Source: Candidatus Latescibacterota bacterium (GTDB lineage Bacteria; Latescibacterota; UBA2968). Taken from it: a stretch of DNA of 64,000 nt. The position numbers and the translations under genes were made by a program. Positions 58,034 to 64,000 of this stretch are shown piece by piece. Under the pieces are notes generated by a model. It ran no database searches. It was not told the origin of the DNA and worked only from the letters and a program-made list of their open reading frames with translations. The stretch covers positions 3,872,001 to 3,936,000 of the forward strand of contig OZ242010.1 in NCBI GenBank assembly GCA_965204745.1, given 5' to 3'. Position 1 is the stretch's first letter, and every line of letters starts with the position of its first letter.

Positions 58034-59341
58034 ATGCCAAAAACAGATACGCGCCCCAACATCCTCTTCTTTTTTCCGGACCAACTGCGCTTTGATTGGA
58101 CGGGTAGCAATCCGGACCTGCCATTGCGAACGCCCCATCTGGATCGCTTGCAAAAAAACGGGATGAATTTTCCCAAAACCGTCTGCCCGGCCCCCGTGTG
58201 CGCGCCGAGTCGCGCTTGCCTCGCCGCAGGCACGGAATACGACCAGTGCCCGGTCAAGGGAAATAGCGACGATTATCCCACGGACCGCGCCACGCTTTAC
58301 AGCATGCTCCGCGACTACCACGCGATGGGATGCGGCAAATTCGATCTCAACAAAGGCACTTGCACCTCCAACCTGCCCGCATGGGGCCTGGATGGCAAAC
58401 GACACCTGCGCGAATGGGGATTTTCAGACGGCATCAACAACGAAGGCAAAATCGACGGCGCGAACTGCGGGCGCGACAAACCCCAAGGCCCGTATTTGCA
58501 ATTCCTCGAAGAGCGCGGCCTGCGCCATATCCACCTCGCCGACTTTGCCAACCGCAAAGGCAAACGAGCCACATTTGCCACCCCCCTGCCAGACGATGCG
58601 TATTGCGACAACTGGATCGGGCAAAACGGGCTAGACCTCATCCGTTCAGCACCTGCGGACAAACCCTGGTTTCTTCAGATCAATTTCAACGGCCCGCACG
58701 CGCCGTGGGACATCACGGAAACCATGGAAAAGCTCTACGCAGGGGTCGATTTCCCGCAGCCGAATCGCAACGACCAACTCGCGCCCGCCGAACATGTCGA
58801 AATCCGTCGCAATTACGCCGCGATGATCGAAAACATCGACCACTGGGTCGGTCGCTATTTAGACCTGCTCAAAGATCGGGATGAGTTGGACAATACCCTC
58901 ATCGTCTTTTCGTCTGATCACGGCGAAATGCTCGGCGACCACAATGCATGGGGCAAGGGCAAACCCCTGCATCCGTCTGTTAGCGTGCCTCTCGTCATCG
59001 CGGGGCCGGGCGTGCAACAGGGGATCACCTGCGACCTGCCTATGACCAATCTGGACTTGACCGCCACCTTTCTCGACTACGCGGCCTTGGATATTCCCAA
59101 GGACATGGACAGCCGCTCCCTCCGCAACCTCCTCGAAGGCGCGACCCGCACGCATCGAGACATCGTCCTGTCCGGCCTGGGCAACTGGCGCATGGCTTAT
59201 GACGGTCACTACAAATACATCGAGGGCTTCGGCGACACGCCCCAACTCTTTGACCTCGACGCGGACCCGCTCGAAAACCACAACCGAATCGCGGACCCAA
59301 GCGTCTCGGATCACGCCGCACGATTGAAGGCGGAATTGTGA
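58034..59341 (+). CDS. Cys-type sulfatase
   Basis: RPNIL, CAPSRA formylglycine motif, SDHGEMLGDH. Confidence 0.92.
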   Translation: MPKTDTRPNILFFFPDQLRFDWTGSNPDLPLRTPHLDRLQKNGMNFPKTVCPAPVCAPSRACLAAGTEYDQCPVKGNSDDYPTDRATLYSMLRDYHAMGCGKFDLNKGTCTSNLPAWGLDGKRHLREWGFSDGINNEGKIDGANCGRDKPQGPYLQFLEERGLRHIHLADFANRKGKRATFATPLPDDAYCDNWIGQNGLDLIRSAPADKPWFLQINFNGPHAPWDITETMEKLYAGVDFPQPNRNDQLAPAEHVEIRRNYAAMIENIDHWVGRYLDLLKDRDELDNTLIVFSSDHGEMLGDHNAWGKGKPLHPSVSVPLVIAGPGVQQGITCDLPMTNLDLTATFLDYAALDIPKDMDSRSLRNLLEGATRTHRDIVLSGLGNWRMAYDGHYKYIEGFGDTPQLFDLDADPLENHNRIADPSVSDHAARLKAEL

Positions 59342-59495
59342 AGTATAGACTGACCGCTTGTGGACAGGTGCAGGGTGGACTGGCTACTGATCACTGACAA
59401 CTGACTCCCCCCTTGTATCTTTGGGCGAACTTGCTTCCGCCCAGGCGTAGCCAACGCAGGCGTCTAGTGACTTTGGGGCAATGCGGTTGGGCGGC

Positions 59496-59548
59496 CCTCT
59501 CACTTCTCACCTCTCACTTCTCACCTCTTACCTCTTACCTCTTACCTC
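59496..59548 (+). repeat. Pyrimidine-rich heptamer array directly before the mnmG start
   Basis: CTCACTT/CTCACCT/CTTACCT units abut ATG 59549. Confidence 0.85.
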
Positions 59549-61420
59549 ATGTGGACTTACACCAAAAAATACGATGTCATTGTCGTTGGCGGCGGGCATG
59601 CGGGCGTGGAAGCCGCGCTGGCTTCTGCGCGCATGGGATGTGAAACCCTGTTGCTGACCATGAACCTCGACACCATCGCGCAAATGTCGTGCAACCCGGC
59701 CATTGGCGGCATTGCAAAGGGCCACATGGTGCGCGAAATCGACGCGTTGGGCGGTGAAATGGCCCGCAACATCGACGCTACGGGCCTGCAATTTCGCATG
59801 CTCAATCAGCGCAGGGGGCCGGCCGTGCAAGCCCCGCGCGCGCAAGCGGACAAAAAAGCCTATCAGTTTCGGATGAAAGAAGTGCTGGAAACCCAACCGC
59901 ATCTCGACGTCAAACAGGGCTTGCTCGAAGACCTCATCGTCAAAAACAGACGCCTCGAGGCCGTGGTCACCAAAGCCAAAACGATCTTTGCCGGCAAGAC
60001 CGCGATCCTGACCACGGGCACGTTTCTCAAGGGCCTCATCCACGTCGGCGACTTTTCGTACAGCGCGGGGCGCGCAGGCGAGCAAGCCGCAGACAAAGCG
60101 TCCGATGGCCTGTCGCAACTCGGGTTTGAACTCGGGCGCCTCAAAACCGGCACCCCGCCTCGCGTCAATGCGCGCAGCATCGACTTTGCCGCGTGCGAGG
60201 AACAACCCGGGGACGCGCACCCGCGGCCCTTTTCCTATCAGACGGACCGCATCGCGCAAGAACAACTGAGTTGTTATCTGACCACCACCACGCGAGAAAC
60301 GCACGACATCATCCGCGCCGACCTGGATCGCTCGGCCATGTACAGCGGGCGCATCCGAGGCGTGGGCCCGCGGTATTGCCCGTCTATCGAGGACAAAATC
60401 GTGCGCTTCCCGGACAAGGAAGGGCATCAAATTTTCCTCGAACCGGAGGGGTATCACACCCGTGAGGTCTATCTCAATGGCCTGTCCATGAGCCTGCCCG
60501 AAGACGTGCAACTCCGCGTCGTCCGCAACATCCCCGGCCTCGAGCGCGCCGAGATCATGCGCCCGGCCTACGCGGTGGAATACGACTATGTGCCCCCCAC
60601 GCAAATCCATCCCACGCTGGAAACCAAACCCATTGCCGGCCTGTTTTTTGCCGGGCAGATCAACGGCACGACCGGGTACGAAGAAGCCGCGGGCCAAGGG
60701 CTGATGGCCGGCATCAACGCGGCCTTGCGCGCACGGGGGGAGGACGCCGTGATCTTGGATCGCTCGCAGGCGTACATCGGCGTGTTGATCGACGACCTCG
60801 TCACCAAGGGCACGGAAGAACCCTATCGCATGTTCACCTCATTGGCGGAATATCGCTTGCTCTTGCGGCAGGACAACGCGGACTTGCGCCTGTGCGAACT
60901 CGCCCGAAAAATCGGCCTGCTCTCGGACGCGATGTACGCGCGCTTTTGCAACCGCAAACGCCAAATCCACGCGGAAATCGCCCGCCTGCGATCCACGCGC
61001 CTGGCCCCCAATGACGCGGTTCAAACCGCCCTCAAGGCATTCCAGTCCTCGCCCTTGAGCCGCGCGGCAACGCTCGCCGAACTCTTGCGCCGCCCGGAAT
61101 TGTCCTACGACATCGTCACGCAACTCGCCCCCGCAGGCGAACCCCTGCCCGAAGACGTGTGCGAATCCGTGGAAATCGAGCTCAAATACGAGGGCTACAT
61201 CGACCGCCAGGAAGACCAAGTCCAGCGCTTTCGCAACTTGGAAAAAAAATTCATCCCAAACGACTTTGACTACGCCGGCATCCCGGCCATGCGAAACGAG
61301 GCCCTTGAAAAATTCGCCCGCATCAAGCCCCGATCCCTAGGCCAAGCATCCCGCATCCCCGGCATTTCTCCGTCCGACATCTCCCTGCTGATGATCATGC
61401 TCAAAAAACAGGGGCGATAG
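59549..61420 (+). CDS. mnmG: tRNA uridine-5-carboxymethylaminomethyl modification enzyme MnmG (GidA)
   Basis: [39 protein letters not shown]. Confidence 0.97.
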   Translation: MWTYTKKYDVIVVGGGHAGVEAALASARMGCETLLLTMNLDTIAQMSCNPAIGGIAKGHMVREIDALGGEMARNIDATGLQFRMLNQRRGPAVQAPRAQADKKAYQFRMKEVLETQPHLDVKQGLLEDLIVKNRRLEAVVTKAKTIFAGKTAILTTGTFLKGLIHVGDFSYSAGRAGEQAADKASDGLSQLGFELGRLKTGTPPRVNARSIDFAACEEQPGDAHPRPFSYQTDRIAQEQLSCYLTTTTRETHDIIRADLDRSAMYSGRIRGVGPRYCPSIEDKIVRFPDKEGHQIFLEPEGYHTREVYLNGLSMSLPEDVQLRVVRNIPGLERAEIMRPAYAVEYDYVPPTQIHPTLETKPIAGLFFAGQINGTTGYEEAAGQGLMAGINAALRARGEDAVILDRSQAYIGVLIDDLVTKGTEEPYRMFTSLAEYRLLLRQDNADLRLCELARKIGLLSDAMYARFCNRKRQIHAEIARLRSTRLAPNDAVQTALKAFQSSPLSRAATLAELLRRPELSYDIVTQLAPAGEPLPEDVCESVEIELKYEGYIDRQEDQVQRFRNLEKKFIPNDFDYAGIPAMRNEALEKFARIKPRSLGQASRIPGISPSDISLLMIMLKKQGR

Positions 61421-61438
61421 CTTTCACCGAGGTCCGCC

Positions 61439-61894
61439 ATGGGCAACGTCAAAATCATCACCCAAAACCGCAAAGCGCGGCGCGACTACCACATCCTCAA
61501 CACGTACGAAGCGGGCCTGCAACTGCGCGGCACAGAAGTCAAAGCCCTGCGCGAGGGGCGGGCCAACCTCAAAGACGGCTTTGCGCGCATCGAGGATGGG
61601 GAAGCGTATTTGCACAACATCCACATCGGCGAATACGCCCAGGGCAACCAGTTCAACCACGAACCCGAGCGCGCACGCAAGTTGTTGCTCCACCGGCATG
61701 AAATCAATCGCCTGTGGGGGCAAGCCAATGAAAAGGGTTACACCCTCGTTCCCCTCAAACTCTATTTCAAACGCGGCAAAGCCAAAGTCGAACTCGGCGT
61801 GGCACGCGGCAAAAAGCAATTTGACAAACGCCGCGACATCGCCCGCCGAGACGCCCAACGCGAAGTCGAACAAGCCCTCAAACGAAACCGATGA
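61439..61894 (+). CDS. smpB: SsrA-binding protein SmpB
   Basis: [31 protein letters not shown]. Confidence 0.97.
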   Translation: MGNVKIITQNRKARRDYHILNTYEAGLQLRGTEVKALREGRANLKDGFARIEDGEAYLHNIHIGEYAQGNQFNHEPERARKLLLHRHEINRLWGQANEKGYTLVPLKLYFKRGKAKVELGVARGKKQFDKRRDIARRDAQREVEQALKRNR

Positions 61895-62751
61895 CCAACA
61901 ACACCCCACGAGCGCATCGCATCCTCCTGCCGCCCAATGACCTCGGCTATGCTTACGACCCTCGCGTTGAAGTCGGGCTTCACGGCGAGATCAAATTGTC
62001 GCCCCAAGTGCTCAGCCACTGCCAATGCGGCGGCAAATCGCCATTTATGGTCATGGATCCCCAGCTCGGCGAACCCGTGTGGTGCGCGTGTTATCCCTTT
62101 CGCATGAAGAAGTACCACATCGACAAATACATCCAAAAATCCGGCATTCCCGCGCCCTTTCGCTTCAAGTTTTCCCAAGACTTCAAAGAGCACTACGACG
62201 ACGGGCAACCCATCCCGGGCGCGCGCTTGCTCAAATCCTATTTCAGCACGTTGGTCGATAATATCAACCGAAAAAAAACATCGATCAAAGGCTTCTACTT
62301 GTGGGGCGAGCCAGGGCGTGGCAAAACCTTTTTCGCCTACATCTTGCTCAACGAACTCATCTTCCGATTTGTCAGACCCGGCAAATTCATCTCCCTCTCA
62401 AAGAGTTTTCACGAACTCCGACACACCTTTGACGAAGGCAGCGAAACCCAAGGCCAGGCCATGCCGATGATCGACATGTTGAGCAATGTGCCCTTCCTCG
62501 TCATCGACGACTTTGGCGTTCAGCGCAACACCGAATGGGAAATGGAAATCCTCTACAACCTCATCGACGCCCGATACGCCAACCAACGCCTGACCTTTAT
62601 CACCACCAACCAAAAGGTCAACGACCTCAAAGACCTCGCCCAAGGGCGCATCTATTCCCGCTTGCTCGAAATGTGCCACATCATCGAAGTCAAAGGCCAC
62701 GACTTCCGCGAACTCGGCAACCCCGAAGACAAATGGATCAGTTTGCGGTGA
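61891..62751 (+). CDS. DnaC/IstB-like AAA+ ATPase
   Basis: GEPGRGKT Walker A, LVIDDFG Walker B, ITTN, RIYSRL, DFR; N-terminal CQC/CAC motifs. Confidence 0.85.
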   Translation: MTNNTPRAHRILLPPNDLGYAYDPRVEVGLHGEIKLSPQVLSHCQCGGKSPFMVMDPQLGEPVWCACYPFRMKKYHIDKYIQKSGIPAPFRFKFSQDFKEHYDDGQPIPGARLLKSYFSTLVDNINRKKTSIKGFYLWGEPGRGKTFFAYILLNELIFRFVRPGKFISLSKSFHELRHTFDEGSETQGQAMPMIDMLSNVPFLVIDDFGVQRNTEWEMEILYNLIDARYANQRLTFITTNQKVNDLKDLAQGRIYSRLLEMCHIIEVKGHDFRELGNPEDKWISLR

Positions 62752-62835
62752 GGGGAGAGGGGAGAGGGGAGAGGCAAGAGGTGAAAAGCGAGACGCAAGA
62801 GGGGAGAGGGAAGAGGTGAAAGGCGAAAAGCGAAA
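62748..62835 (+). repeat. Purine-rich heptamer array
   Basis: GAGGGGA/GAGGCAA/GAGGTGA/AAGCGAA units, the same family as the IS110 flanks. Confidence 0.8.
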
Positions 62836-62994
62836 CGCAACACGGATGAACGCGGACGAAAGGCGAGCGGGGATGGGGACGCACATGGCGGGGCAGGGTA
62901 GCGGAAGGGATCGCACGGGTGGTTGGGTGGAAAGGCAGGGCACGCACACGGCGGGGTGGGGTAGTGGAGAGAATCGCATTGGGAGGCTTAGGCC

Positions 62995-64000
62995 ATGGTT
63001 CTCACGGATGCCAGGGTTAGGCGGTCAGTCGCGGGCAAACGTCCCGTTCTGCTCGCTTGCTTACCGCTTCTCCTCGCGCTTTCAACGGTCTTTGTTTTTA
63101 GCCATGACCTGCGAAGTCACCTTGTGCGTTCTGTGGGTCACTCTGACTTTACGAATCATAAAATGGCGATATCCGCCAACCTTTCTCCAGATCACAACTT
63201 CTTGATGTTCTATCGCCAAACGCTCAATGCCGATGGCGCGGTTTCTTACGAACCGCATAATCGCTTTCCCATAGGTGGGTATGTGCTCATCGCGCTGGCT
63301 ATCCTGCCCTTTGGCGATGACTTGGCAACCCAACTCTATGCGGCAAGGACCCTGATGTTGCTGTGCTTTGTTGCCACAGCGCTGCTGGCGTATCTCTGCC
63401 TTTGCCGGCTGACACATCATCCCTGGATCGCCACAACCGCGACGCTCTTGGCGTTCTCATCGTTCTATTGCTTGTTTTACAGCGATATGGTGTTCAATGA
63501 AACGGGGATCGACCTGCTCGGGGTGATGCTGACCTTTCACGGGATGGTCATTTTCTTCGGAGAGGGTCGTTTTCGGCAACTGCTGGTCAAGACGTGCATC
63601 GCGCTGTTTTTGGGCTGGCATGTGTACGCGTTGCTGTTGCCCTTTATCGCGCTCGGAGTGGTGCGAGAATGCCTCCACATGCGTTCAGTCCCTTTCAGGC
63701 TGAAGTGCTCCCGCCTGCTTCGCAGTCGCTATGTGTTGCTCGGCATTGTCGCATTGCTCGTTGGGCTGTCCTTGTTGACCTTTAATTTTGTCAATGAATA
63801 CGTCGCGCTGAAAGGTGAAAAAGCACTGACGGAATTACCGTCTTTCCGGTCTATGATATATCGCACGGGAATAGGTCCGAATATATATAACAAGTACCCC
63901 TTGAGTTGGGATTTCTTCCTGATAGAACAATTCTTTCGTATTGATTTGGTGTGCATGCCGTATTTCATCCTGTCCTGCCTCGATGCACTTCCCCCGGAGT
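62995..64000 (+). CDS. Multi-pass membrane protein, possibly a GT-C-type glycosyltransferase (runs off window edge)
   Basis: Manual translation from ATG 62995 (GGGAGG upstream): MVLTDARV...HNRFPIGGY...YSDMVFNE...LGWHVYALLLPF, with many hydrophobic helices. Confidence 0.65.
   Translation, partial: MVLTDARVRRSVAGKRPVLLACLPLLLALSTVFVFSHDLRSHLVRSVGHSDFTNHKMAISANLSPDHNFLMFYRQTLNADGAVSYEPHNRFPIGGYVLIALAILPFGDDLATQLYAARTLMLLCFVATALLAYLCLCRLTHHPWIATTATLLAFSSFYCLFYSDMVFNETGIDLLGVMLTFHGMVIFFGEGRFRQLLVKTCIALFLGWHVYALLLPFIALGVVRECLHMRSVPFRLKCSRLLRSRYVLLGIVALLVGLSLLTFNFVNEYVALKGEKALTELPSFRSMIYRTGIGPNIYNKYPLSWDFFLIEQFFRIDLVCMPYFILSCLDALPPE

Overview
A 64 kb GC-rich bacterial chromosomal window. It holds housekeeping and metabolic genes (cysH, tRNA-Lys, a MurC-like ligase, mnmG, smpB), a paaK-like/halogenase-like/GT4/thioesterase/ABC cluster, a DUF4159-DUF4175 operon and a 16 kb minus-strand surface-polysaccharide locus. 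The mobilome is dense: IS982, IS701, two IS110 copies, an IS607-like TnpB-only element, two MITE families, several toxin-antitoxin modules and many intergenic heptamer repeats. The strongest signal is the IS110 pair. Its non-coding 5' end folds into two internal-loop hairpins whose guide segments match (i) both genomic insertion sites and (ii) the element's own circle junction. This is a fully readable bridge RNA programmed against the host's purine-rich heptamer repeats, with a promoter predicted to form only on circularisation. All calls come from reading the sequence by eye; no searches or folding programs were run.
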